Of a DNA stretch of 64,000 nt, positions 13,295 through 25,599 are shown piece after piece. Within the stretch, counting starts at the first letter, position 1; every line of letters begins with the position of its first letter. Below the pieces are notes generated by a model. The model worked only from the letters and a program-made list of their open reading frames with translations. It made no database searches and had not been told where the DNA came from. A program made the position numbers and the translations under genes. Origin of the DNA: Hypanus sabinus (Eukaryota); contig NC_082711.1 in NCBI RefSeq assembly GCF_030144855.1, positions 158,286,001 to 158,350,000 of the forward strand. Reading direction: 5' to 3'.

Positions 13295-13905
13295 GCTGGA
13301 GCAGGTCAGGCAGCATCTATGGAAATGAACATTTCTGGCTGAGAGAAAGGGAAGGAGGATAGCGAGAAGGTGACAGGTGAATCCAGGTGGGTAGAAAAGG
13401 TAAAGGGCTGGAGAGGAAGTAATTTGATAGGACAGGAGAGTGGACCATAGGAGAAAGCAAACCTAAAAAAGAAGAAACCCATGCAGGAGGAGATAGGCAG
13501 GTGAGAGAGGCAAGAGGCCAGAGTGAGGAATAGAAGAGGGGAGGGGAAAATGTTTTACTGGAAGGAGAAATTGATATTCATACCATCAGATTAAAGGCTA
13601 CTGAGACAGAATATAAGGTGTTGCTCCTCCACCCTCAGCATAAGGAAGCCATGGACCGACATGCCAGAACAGGAATGGGAATCGGAATTAAAATGTTCGG
13701 CCAGTGAGCAGTCTGCTTTCGGCAGATGGAGTGAAAGAACTTGGCGAAGCAGTCCCCCAATTTACCAGAGATCTCACCAACGTAGAGGTGGCCGCTTTGG
13801 GAACACTGGACACAAAAGGTGACCCTAGCAGATTCGCGAGTGAAGTGTTGCCTCACCTGGAAGGACTGCTTGAGGCCTTGAATGCAGGTGAATGGGCAGA
13901 TGTTT
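13295..13905 (-). mobile_element. Penelope-like element 3' portion
   Basis: QGLKQSFQVRQHFTRESARVTFCVQCSQSGHLYVGE GIY-YIG remnant. Confidence 0.8.
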
Positions 13906-14066
13906 TTTTCTTTTATTGATTTGTAGTCCATAAAAATTTGGTTAAATGATGTTACTAGCATCTTTCCCCCGCCATCAGATTTCTGAATGGACTTTGAACC
14001 CATGAACGCCACCTACCATTATTTTCTCTTTTTGCACTGCTTATTTAATTTAACTTTATATTATAT

Positions 14067-14067
<1 letters not shown>

Positions 14068-14100
<33 letters not shown>

Positions 14101-14107
14101 TACACAC
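14068..14107. repeat. (TA)n(CA)n compound microsatellite
   Basis: Read directly. Confidence 0.9.
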
Positions 14108-14764
14108 TTCTTACTATAAGTTAGTCTTTTATTACGTATTGCAATATACTGCAGCATAACAAATTTCATGACATATACCAGTGATATTAACCCTGATTCT
14201 GATTCTGCACTGCAGCCATGAAAAAATAAAACACATTTCATGGCATATATTAGTGATGATAAACCTCATTCTGATATGCATCTTTATTGTGGACTGAGAG
14301 TGGGAAGGGGGTAAAGAGAGAGGAAAGAGGTGGAAGCACCAGAGAGACATTCTGTAAAGATCAGTAAACTAATTGTTTGGAACCAAATGGCCTTTCCTGG
14401 TGTCTTAGGGCTGGGTATGTCTGTATCCACACCACCGTCCCTACCCCGCTCCTGGCAATCCTCTGCCACCTCTTCTACAGCCCTCCCATTGTTCTCCATT
14501 CTCACCATCCTGATATCCTTTGCTCCTACCAGATTTACAAATTCACTCTCCACTCTACATTGGCAAATACAGTTCTGTGGAAAATTCCTAGGCACACACA
14601 CACACCTAAGACTTTTACACAGTAGTGTAGATGGTTGTGGAGACCAAGGTCAAGACATTAGGTATCTTTAAAGTAGAGGTTGATAGGTTCTTGATTTGTT
14701 AGGGCATCAAAGGATATGGGGAGAAGGCAGATGAATGGGATTAAGACAGGGAAGTATCAGCCCA

Positions 14765-15090
14765 TTCATCAGAACGGTTCCCTCCTTCCCTAATACCCCT
14801 GTCGATATTCCACAAATTCAAATCCTTTTCTCACACACCATGTTTTGAGCCATGCATTTAAATCTTTAATCTTATTGACCTTGTGCCAATTTGTACCTGG
14901 CTCAGGGAGCAATCCAAAGATTATTACCTTTTTGGTTCTGCTTTTTAATTTAGTCCTAAGCTCGTCAAATTCCCTCAGCAGAACCTCTTTCTTTGTTCTA
15001 CCTATGGACATTGGTACCCAACTGGATCTTTACCCTCCCACTCAAAATTTCTCTGCAGGTCAGATAAGATGTCCTAATGCAGGCACTAGG
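14765..15090 (-). mobile_element. CR1 ORF1 (esterase-like) fragment
   Basis: IGRTKKEVLLREFDELRTKLKSRTKKVIIFGLLPEP...LNAWLKTWCVRKGF. Confidence 0.75.
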
Positions 15091-15889
15091 TAAATTAAAT
15101 AAGCAGGAACACAAGCAGCTACAAAGAGTGGTGTACTCAGCCTAATACATCATGGACACATTCCTCTCCAACAATTGTAGCACTTTCTGAAGTGCCGTGA
15201 CAAGACGACAAAATCTATAATCAAAGATGTGCACGATGCCATCTTCTCACAGCTACCATCAGGTAGGAAGTGCAGAAGCCTGACGTCCCACACCACCAGG
15301 TACAGCTATTTCCTTTCAACCATTTAGTCCTTCAGCCAACCTGAACAACCGGAATCACTACCTCAATATAGCAACCACTTTGCACCACAATGGTCCTTAT
15401 ATTTATCCTAATAGTGTTCTTGCTTGTAAAAGTTGTGTATAAATTATGTTTATCCTGTGAATGCAGCTTGTATGATGCAATGTTCCTGTGCTGCTGTTGC
15501 AAATAAATTTTTCACTGCACCTCTGGATATATTTACTTGCGTGTACAACAACAAGCATGACTTTGATCTTAGTAAGAACACCTAGACTAGATTGCTTGCT
15601 TTGGTCCTTCACATTTAAAAAAATGGTCAAAATCTGTAAGTAATTAAACTTTGAATTACTTCATCTAACGTTTGTGATATAACTGGGCATACCACCTCAA
15701 GAGCAACTCCCTTGATCTCACCACATACACATTTTTATTTAGGCAATGCAGTCTGCTAGAGGCTGAAACATTCACAGAAGGAACTTACCAACATTGGATT
15801 TGTTCTCACCAAATTCAGAGATATAATTACATTTACATAGGCCACATCCATTCATGAGAGGTGCTTGAAAGTTTTTAGAAAGGACCTAC

Positions 15890-15981
15890 CCAACTGTTCC
15901 AGTCCGGTCATCGTGGCAGGCACGCTTCACTTTGGGATTGAATATGTCTTTTGTGTGGAGGGCTGCTTCTTTTGTGAAACA
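15890..15981 (-). CDS. RAB34: Rab-34 second coding exon (CFTKEAALHTKDIFNPKVKRACHDDRTGTVG); later exons were not found and presumably lie left of the window
   Basis: tttcag|TGT...GTTGG|gtaggt, 92 nt. Matches recalled human CLRKEAALHGHKDFHPRVTCACQEHRTGTVG. Confidence 0.92.
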
Positions 15982-17093
15982 CTGAAATAGCAAAGTGACA
16001 AATCACAGTAAAGTTGTGTTCTTATTTACATTTGAAGATTGCCTTCAAATAAACTGGACTGAATGAGTTGAGTTGTGGGGAGCAACAGATCACTATCCTC
16101 AGACTAAAAATGCAACAAAAGCAATCAGTGGTTTTCTGTTCTTGTTCACCATCTAGTATCAACTATAGGTCATTACCAGAACAGGATTAGGCTGGGTTCT
16201 GATTCCCTCCTCAGCTGAACGAAGAGCTGACATGCACCACCTGCACTCCTACAAAAAGTGCGGCCACATGAATAAACATCTTAAAGGTTAACTGAGACAC
16301 TCGCTTTAGGAAAGAAGTGATAAAATTGGAGCAGTATGCAAATTAGAAAATAACTGGCTGTGCAGATTGAGAGAGAACATTTGTGTTATCACCATTCGTA
16401 ATTTATTTTCTGTTACTTTCTGGATACACACACACACACACACACAGAAAGTGGTGGAGGGGAGGGGGTTCTGAAATATCTTTGCAACCTTATAGCACAT
16501 GCCATGAGCTTTGATGCAAGTTGCAATAAAAAGGTGAGTGGCTGAAAGTGTTGTCCTGTCTAGACATGGTGACATCGTCTGAAGACCTGTTCTTAATGCT
16601 GCCCTCAGCATTCATCATCATTAATTTCAACCTTTCTAATTCATTCTACATAAACAGAGATATTAAAAAATCTGATCAGAGTTCAAAATTAGTGCAACCA
16701 ATTCATGAATGAGTTGTGTCAAATGGTTATTACCACAGTCTATGCATAACGCTGATGTTTTATGCTAACATATTATTTCCATAAGATTGCTACATGAAAG
16801 AAGTGTGCTGGAGGCACCATGTCTGTGAAAAATTGTTGGGTTTCAGCAGGCCTTACATTTCATTGTTCTGGCTCAGTCATAGTGCAGTGTCTTCTGCTGA
16901 CAGACACATTTTGATAACTGTTCACCAATTTTTGCATATAATTTGGTCAATCAAATCAAGTAGCACTATTGTGGCAACCTCCATTCTATGAGGATCTTCT
17001 AGCTCCAATCTGTGGTCTACTGACTCCCGGTCTAGGTTTCAATATTCCTACTCCACTTAATACCTGCTCAACAATCCCAGTTTTTAAATGAAG

Positions 17094-17830
17094 TAACACA
17101 CACAAAATGCTGGTGGAATGCATCAGGTCAAGCAGCTTCTATAGGAAGAAGTACAGCCAATGTTTCGGGCCGAGACCCTTCGTCAGGACTAACAGGGAAA
17201 AGAGATAGTAAGAGATTTGAAAGTGGGAGGTGAAGGGGGAGACCCGAAATGATAGGATAAGACAGGAGGGGGAGGGGTGAAGCTAAGAGCTGGGAAGTTG
17301 ATCAGCAAAAGGGAGACAAGGCTAGAGAAAGGGGAGTATTATAGGATGGAAGGCCTTGGAAGAAAGGGGAGGGGAGCACCAAGGCGTTATTGTGAGAGGG
17401 AAAGAGAGAGAAAAAAAATATAAATAAACAGGGATGGGGTAAGAAGGGGAGGAAGGGCATTAACCAAAGTTAGAGAAATCAATGTTCATGCCATCAGGTT
17501 GGAGGCTACCCAGACGGTAAATAAGGTGTTGTTCCTCCAACCTGAGTGTGGCTTCATCTTGACAGTAGAGGCCATGGATTGACATATTGGAATGGGAATG
17601 GGACGTGGAATTAAAATGTGTGGCCACTGGGAGATCCTGCTTCCTCTGGCGGATAGAACGTAGGTGTTCAGCGAAACAGTCTCTCAGTCTGCATCGGGTC
17701 TCACCAATATATAAAAGGTCACACCGGAAGCACCAGACGCAGTATATCACACCAGGCGATTCACAGGTGAAGTGTTGCCTCACCTGGAAGGACTGTCTGG
17801 GGCCCTGAATGATGGTGAGGTTGGAAGTGT
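17094..17830 (-). mobile_element. Penelope-like element 3' portion with a near-intact GIY-YIG endonuclease domain and hammerhead (17155-17190)
   Basis: HFTCESPGVIYCVWCFRCDLLYIGETRCRLRDCFAEHL...LQPDGMNIDFSNF (ORF 17460-17783). Confidence 0.9.
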
Positions 17831-18227
17831 AAATGTAAGGAAGAGAATTAAATGAAGCAGCTAGCTGTATCAGTAAAACATCTCAACAAGCTTTAAAAAT
17901 GCAATTCGAACTGCTATTAAGGGTTTATGATAAACAAGGGTCTCCTTGAAACTCATGGTTAACAATTATATAGATAGTGTAATTTCTACTTTGCACAATC
18001 ACAGCTTATTCTGTATATAACTGTGGGAAGTGGTAATAGTAGCTATAATACTAAATTCTGCTAAAGCTTTGTTGTTATGAAAGAAAAGCATGGTGATAAG
18101 TCTCAGCAGGTCAGGCAGCATCTATGGAAAGATAAACAAAGTCAAATATGCTACCTAATCTGCTAAATATTACTAAATCTTCCACATTTATTTCAGATGT
18201 CCAACAAGAACAGCTTGTCAATTTTCA

Positions 18228-18505
18228 AAAGGCAACACGAGGAAATATGCAGATGCTGGAAACTCAAGCAACACATGCAAAATGCTGGTGGAATGCAGCA
18301 GGCCAGGCAGCATCTATAGGGAGAAGCACTGTCAACGTTTCAGGCCGAGACCCTTCGTCAGAACGTTTCGGGCCGAGACCCTTTGTCAGGACTATCTTTC
18401 CTTTCAGTTAGTCCTGATGAAGGGTCTCGGCCCGAAACGTCGACGGTACTTCTCTCTATAGATGCTGCCTGGCCTGCTGCGTTCCACCAGCATTTTGTGT
18501 GTGTT
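18228..18505. mobile_element. Fold-back insertion made of two inverted PLE terminal repeats, with hammerhead motifs on both strands
   Basis: Inverted arms about 18265-18361 / 18414-18510; flanking duplication GCTTGT(C/T)AATTTTCA at 18213-18227 and 18506-18520. Confidence 0.85.
18411..18444 (+). ncRNA. Minimal type I hammerhead ribozyme motif (PLE)
   Basis: gtc-CTGATGA-a-gggtctcggccc-GAAA-cgtc-gac. Confidence 0.75.
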
Positions 18506-21500
18506 GCTTGTTAATTTTCATTTATTGTTGCATTCACTGCAAATTTACATTCAAGAAAACCAACAAGTTGTCTACGACCAAGAAAAATAACTCTGTTTCT
18601 CCTTCCATGGATGCTGCCCAACTTGGCGAATGCTAGTAATATTTTCTGCTTTTATTTCAGATTTCCAGCATGTTTGTTACCTTTCATTTTTAAGCTTTGA
18701 TGCTTTAGGCAGACCACACAAAAGTAAATAGCCTTGGCTGTAATATCACAGCTAAATTTATGTAGAAGGAGCCTTCTGGCAAGTGAGAAAGGTTTTATTT
18801 TGAGTGACAAGTCTCAACAACAACCTCAATGCCAAAAAGTCTCCTTGATCAAGCATTTTAAATCTTTCTAAATGTGAATGAAAGCCAAGGCTATTCTACA
18901 AATGCAATGTATTGTGACTGAAGTAAAATTGCTCTTAGCAATCATTAAATTCAGTTCATGCTCAGACATTTAGAACTTCTCAATGGGTGCAGTTAACATT
19001 TTGCCACCCATTAAGCTAAATCTTCGGGCTTTTTAATTTTCTTGATCAATTTTAATAAAAGGCATAAGCGTTGAAATTATTGCAAACAACTCTAGTTACA
19101 TGAATACATGGCATAGTTATTTAAGATGCCTTTCCCAGCTGTTTTGGTAACTAATCATGTACTAAGTGGAACCATGAGTAGGCCTTTGAACTTTTCAGTG
19201 TCACTCTGCCATTCCTAAAATCTCAGTACCATCTTCCTGTACCTTTGAGTCCCTTAGTACCCATAAGTCTCTTAGAAGTAGAGAGAAGTAGGTAATTCAA
19301 GGGTTTATATTCATATTGACAGGTTAGTTTTTAAATTCTTGTATAAATTTAATTGCTGCAAAGTCACTTGCAAAAGTTTATAAACTTTAGTGGGCTAAGG
19401 CAGCCAAGTGTACTTTCCAAACTTTGAGACTTTTGACTCGTTCTTTGGTCTTTGTGAGTCTTCTTTCACGTTCAGTTAATTCTTCCATTTTACAATTTAG
19501 CTTCTTTTCCTCTTTTCTGCTCCTGAAAGTGAAAGTGCAGAATCCTGCTGGAGGTGCACCTTCACAGCAACATTCTCCCCCTCCCCACCCATGTACATCT
19601 GAGGCTAAAAACAGTATTTCTATCAATCATATATTTTATACATACACACACATGCATTTTATGTGCAATTCTGTACATATTTGGACTGTGTTGGTCACTG
19701 ACACAAATGAGACACTTCACTATACGTCTCGGTGTATGTGCTGTACAGTACAGATAAATAAAGCTAGTTTTTCCTTTATTTTTTTTCCAAGAGTACATTT
19801 AACAAACAAATCTGCTTCCCTGAAATGGAGTACATATCAGCAATGTATCGATGTTACATTTAGCAGGCATATGGATGTTTACATATAATGTTTGCTTTGA
19901 TTCAATAATTCAATGGATTCAATGTAGGAAGCCTCAATGGTTTACCTGGGACACAAATCAATCTCTTGACACCAGTTGGACAAGGTGATCATCTGAAATC
20001 CTAATATCAAATGAAATAACAAAAAACAACTAAATTCTTCCCTAGCACTGGGATTTGTTAGGTGGAGCATTTTGTAACGTAAAGTATTCCTTATATAAAC
20101 ACGTATTTCAATTCCATAGAGTGCACTGAAGTTGGAAGCAGATAATGCCAGTTCACTTATTGTAATAAGCAGCTTTTGCCACTTGTAATCCATAGGTTAT
20201 AAATCAGTGGTGTTCAATGTAGTTTGAGAGGTGGGTCATGTTGACAATCTGAACCACTCCCATTGTCACATATAGGAAACCATTTTATCTTAACCATGAC
20301 AGCAATGTTTTAACTCATCCTTGAAGACACGCATTCCAAGGCTCTCACTGGCCGCTTACCATATCTCTGGAGTTCCTTTCCATATCAGTGTCCATCAGTA
20401 CTGTACACCGAGCTGGATATGGACATGGATCTCAACTAAACCTAAACAGATTAGAGTGGACTTGCTGTTGTCCCTGAATCTCTAGTCTAAGGTGCCAGTA
20501 TCAAATAGACTATTGATCGGCCCAGAACATCGGGTGAACCCTGAGCTCTGGAGCATGACTTATACAGGGCAGTGAGAATCTGGACTCCATATTCACAGAG
20601 CAGTCAGAGGAGTTACACCGAAGACCTAAAGCTTCAGCTTACACAGAGTGCTTCCTGGTGCCCAGACACTTCCCTGTTGACAACACAGACTACATATTTC
20701 GTCAAGCCTGCCCTGGAGACCATTGGCATTGGGGTGAGTCAGTGTTGAAAAGGCAGAACTAGGACAATAGAGTATTTGGACTGGACAGACTGATTCCTTG
20801 GACCAGATGTGGTGCATTACAGCTGTACATCTGCTGATAATTTGGCATTCACTGTACCAGCCTGCATCTTATTATCTACCTGCAGTCCATTTACTCTGTA
20901 ACTGTAACACTTTATATTCTGCACTTTTGTAGATTTACCCTGAACTACCTCAATGCATTTTTGTAACAAATTGATCTATATGGACGGTACACAAGAAAGG
21001 TTTTTCACTGTACCTGAATACACAATAAACCAATTTAACACTTTTTTTGGGAGAAAGCAACTCTACAGACATACCTACTTCAACTATTTTGAGAATTACC
21101 TGCAATATCATTAGATATAATCTGATAGGCACATACAGTCACAATATTTATATATATAGAAACTTTTTGACTGTTACTTATCAATTCACAACATCATTAG
21201 GACCACATTTTACTTAGTTAGCCACCTTCCACTGCTCATAGGCATCCACTACAACTTAGTAAGCTTAATTTGTCCTCTGTTGTGTGCGCTAAACATTTGA
21301 TATAGCATTGAAAATGCCTGGGTAAGGCAGCATAGTGCCACGGCTAGTATCTGCCCCTTCATGTTGCCAGTGACCCGCGTTCAATTTTGACCTCCAGTGC
21401 TGACTTGCACATTCTCCCCGTGACCATGTGGGTTTCCTCCGGGTTTCCTCCTCTCACATTCCCAAGGATGGGTAGGTTGGTACATTAACCGCTCACCCTG

Positions 21501-21899
21501 AATTTCCTCAAGCAAGGTGGCTGTGGAACCTGGGGGACATCACGGGAATGTGGAAGGAACAAGTTACAGTGGAAAATTATTGAGCACAGAATCAACTGGC
21601 TGAAAGAAATCCTTTTGTATTGTGAGGGAATATGGAAAGCAGCTCCCACCATGGCAGATGTGAATCTGATTTGCAGTTTGTGTCCTGTAAAAAGTTAAAT
21701 CTCTGGAACTTTATTATTAGTTGGAACTTAGCCAATCAGAAAGCTAATGGCATTATTAATGTCATCAATTCCAACAAACCTGCAATCATACCAAAGTGAA
21801 CACTTTATTGTTCAGCCATTTGCTGTGTTGTGTCTTGTACATCTTAAACTTAGAAAAGTGTGAATGATGGTCTAAATGGTAGATAAAAAACTACTTTAC

Positions 21900-21953
21900 C
21901 GAGGGTAGCTCTGGTATAATTCGGTCTCTTCTGACTGGTGGAAGGACACTCAT
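21900..21953 (-). CDS. RAB34: Ras-related protein Rab-34, first coding exon (MSVLPPVRRDRIIPELPS); the exon itself starts at an acceptor at 21967
   Basis: Minus strand reads ttcttctcag|aggaaataccaacaATG...TCG|gtaaag. The 18 aa align with the recalled human RAB34 N-terminus MNILAPVRRDRVLAELPQ. Phase 0 joins the next exon. Head-to-head with RPL23A as in human. Confidence 0.9.
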
Positions 21954-23729
21954 TGTTGGTATTTCCTCTGAGAAGAAAAAGTAATTTATTAAAAAGTGAG
22001 TTCCTTGAATGATGAGAAGTAATTTAATTCACAAAGCTGCTCTGCAAAATCTATGCTACATCAGTCATCTTTCATTCTTTATTCTCTAACTAAGCTCCCA
22101 TCGCAAAATATAAAATAGACTATTACCACGTTCTGAATGAGTGAATTAACCAATGTCTAAGAATAGGGCACTAATTTGTCCTATGGCAGCTGAGTGATTA
22201 GAATACCAGATCAACATCTTTGGAGTTGTGGGTTCAAACCCCACTGTAGCAAATTATGAAGTTTAATTTGGGAAAGAAAAACAAATCTTGGGAAAAGAAC
22301 AGTGTGGAACAATTTGAAGTGAAAATAGTAAGAAAACTGCAGATGCTGGAAAGGTGCTGGAATTGACCAGCAGGTCAAACAGAATTTACGGTAAGAAAAA
22401 CCTGGTTAATGTTACACATCATACAACCTTCATTAGAAAGGTTCTGATGATCTGAACTATTAACACAAATGCTGCTTGGCCTATGGAAAATTTGCAGCAC
22501 TTTGTTTTTATAGCTTTGTAGTAAACTAGTTGGAGAGGTAAAAAAAATGTTCCTCTCCATACCTTGTTGTGCATCGGGCAGCAACCTTGCCATTTCTTTA
22601 GCATAGTTGGGGAGGTAAGTCACAAGATGTACTGTAATAGGAAACAATATCATCAGGGTGATTCAAGGGAAGGGGTGGGGGTGTCAGATGATGAGGCTAG
22701 ACTTCATAGCTTAGGTTAAGGAAATCAAGAAGTAAATCTATTCAAGATGTTTTAAAACAGTATAACCTTAAAATTAGCTATTGACCATTAAGTGTATTAA
22801 ATGAGTGTAATCAGAAAGTATTTTTCCAATAGATTAGCATGTTCCTTAAAACATTCAGAGGGGAAAAAGTAACAACAACTATGGATCAAATATTACAGAG
22901 CATCCGAGTTCAGAGATCAGCAAGGATCTCACTGAATGACAGAATGGGTTTTAGGAGTGACTGGCCTGTGTCTGTTTCTCTGTGTCTTTGTCAAAATTTT
23001 GGTATTTTTTTACTTAATGGGTAAGGCCAGAATGTAATGAGACAAGTCCTTGGCCTTTATCACCAGCCAACAATTTTAATTTCTTTCACTTTAAATCAAT
23101 AATTATTAGATGGTTTCTTCTTGATTTCCAATCCATTGCTGGTGTCATGGAATCCCAAAGGCCACATACAGAGGGTGGGTCAATACAATATTCATTTCTT
23201 CATATCTCATATCGCTAATCATAATAAATCTTCATTCATTGACAATTACTTACCAATGACATAACAATGCTGAAAACCAAATTTTACAATTAATTCAGAG
23301 TTGATCTCTAATTTCTTCTGATATAATTAAGTGGAATTGCTTTGAGAAGCAACGTCACCAAGATGGCGTGCCCGGCAATGAAAATGTAGAAGCTCTCTCC
23401 CCTTTCTGAGACTGTAGCTGCATTAGGCACACTTGCAATACCCTTAGGCACCACTGGCAATTAGAACAACAGATCTGGTTCACTAATTAGTTACAAAAAG
23501 ATATTCATGTCATTAGAGAATGCATTTCTGAGCTCCAAATAATACCCCTGGTTCCCTTAAGTAAATCAAGAAAGGGAATGTTGGGTTCTCAACCAGTTAC
23601 GGCCAAGTGCGACTTCAGACAGATTGGTGTCGTTACCCCCAACTGTACTTTGAAATGGTCCAGCAAGTGGCAATTCAGGGTGTATCATAAGTGCCAGAAT
23701 TTTCATTAACATCACGGTCTCTGAACAAA

Positions 23730-23995
23730 TAAGGCGGCTGACACAGCAGTGCAATATTGAGGGAATGCTGCTCTATTAGTGGTGCATTTTAAGATGGGAT
23801 GTCAAACTGGACCCACATCGACTCTTCCTGAAGCGATTCCATGGTGATACTCTGAAGAGGGGAAGAGGGCCTATCCCCACTGCCCTGACCAATATTTATC
23901 TTGGACTTAATATTACTTAAACATATTATTTGGCCATTATCATGCCAGTGTTCATGAGAACTTGAACATGTAAATTAGCTGTTGTGCTTCCTCTA
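23730..23995 (+). mobile_element. Ancient Deu-domain SINE (SacSINE1/AmnSINE1-like)
   Basis: cagtgcaatattgagggaatgctg...ccatgg...gaagaggg...ctgaccaatatttatc resembles the recalled Deu core; a related copy lies at about 55300-55560. Confidence 0.6.
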
Positions 23996-24004
23996 TTACC
24001 ATGG

Positions 24005-24305
24005 GTATCTTGGTAGTGTAGCGGTTAGCATGATACAATTATAGATCACGGCATTCGGAGATCAGAGTTAAATTTCAACATCATTCTATCAGGAGCCTCT
24101 GTATTTCCTCCACGTGGAAAGCATGAGTTTTCTCCGAGCACCCCAGTTTCCTCCCACAGTCCACAGACGTACCCGGAAGGTTAACTGGCCATTGTAAATT
24201 ATCCCGTGATTAGGTTAGGTTTAATCGGGGTTGTGGGGTGGCTGGGACGGAGTGGCTGAAGGGTTGTAAGGGCCTACTCTGTGCTGTGTCATTAAGTAAA
24301 TAAAA
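24005..24305 (+). mobile_element. tRNA-head SINE (HE1/V-SINE-like); related copies at about 21325-21580 (+) and 43650-43935 (-)
   Basis: ggtagtgtagcggttagc head, ccagtttcctcccacagtcca core and CR1-like tail. Confidence 0.7.
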
Positions 24306-24409
24306 ATTACAACACAACTTGAACTTCTGTTGTAGTTCAGCTCGTAAAACATTTGGGATATCCTGAAAGTGACATGAAATGTGTAACCTGTCTTTGCTTT
24401 CAAGAAATC

Positions 24410-25095
24410 CTACAATCAAGAGGACTAGAATATAAAAACATGGATGCACTGTGATGTTAAACTTTATAAAGCACTGGTGAGGCCTCACTTGGAGTATTAT
24501 GAGCAGTTTTGGGCCCTTTCTCTTTGAAAGGATGTGCTGAAACAGGAGAGGGTTCAAAGGAGATTTGCAAAAATGATTCCAGGATTGAAAGGCTTGTCAT
24601 ATGAAGAGCATCTGATCGCTCTGGGCCTCTATTCACTAGAATTCAAAAGGAATAGAAACCTATCAAATGGTGCAAGGCCTTGATAGAGTGGATGTGGAGA
24701 GGATACTTCCTATGGTGGGAGGGTCTAAGGCCAGATGACACATCCTCAGAATAGAGGGGCATCCTTTTACATAGAAACATAGAAAACCTACAGCACAATA
24801 CAGGCCCTTTGGCTCACAAGGTTGTGCCGAACAAGTCCCTACCCTAGAAATTACTAGTTTTACATATAGCCCTCTATTTTTCTAAGCTCCATGTACCTAT
24901 CCAAAAGTCTCTTAAAAGACTATCGTATCTGCCTCCACCACCATTGCCGGCAGCCCGTTCCACACACTCACCACTCTCTGAGTAGATCACTCACCCCTGA
25001 CATCTCTGCACCTACTCCGCAGCACCTTAAACCTGTGTTTGCTTGTGGCAACCAATTTAGCCCTGGGAAAAAGCCTCTGACTATCCACACGTCTA
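24410..25095. mobile_element. Two adjacent CR1 fragments in opposite orientation
   Basis: Plus-strand LYKALVRPHLEY remnant, then a minus-strand CR1 3' tail starting acatagaaacatagaaaac. Confidence 0.7.
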
Positions 25096-25599
25096 TAACC
25101 CTATCCATAGACAACCACGTGCAGTGTCTATAACGGTGGAATGGAGAAGAGGGGGAATTTCTTTAGCCACTGTGTAAGGGTCCAGTCCACTTACCCTTGT
25201 AATAGAGAGGATGCAACAAAGAATCTCCAAATTGGTCTTTGATCAATGAGGAAAAACTATGCAGAAAAGGTGTGTTTCTCTCAGAGAGGGGCGACTTCAT
25301 TTAAGAGCTTGACAGGAAGGATACAGGAGTGAGGTTGCCCTGGCTGAGGAATCTAGAAGCAGGGACCATAAAATTTAAACAAGGAGCTAGCTGTTCAGTG
25401 CTAAATACAAAGAAACTTCATCCAGATTGTGTGAATCTTCGTAATCTTCAACCTATGTAATCTCATGGGTATCACTGAGTGTATTCAGAGACTGACAGAG
25501 TTTTCAATATTAGCTGAATCTGGGTACAAGGCATCAGTGCACGGAGGTAAAAGATCTTATTGAACGATGGAGGAGGCACAAGGGGTTGAACGGTTTAGT

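Noticed and set aside
19387-19888. ORFs with a Lys/Glu-rich stretch as a possible exon
   Set aside because: No recognisable homology, and RAB34 exons 1 and 2 join in frame without it; low-complexity sequence.
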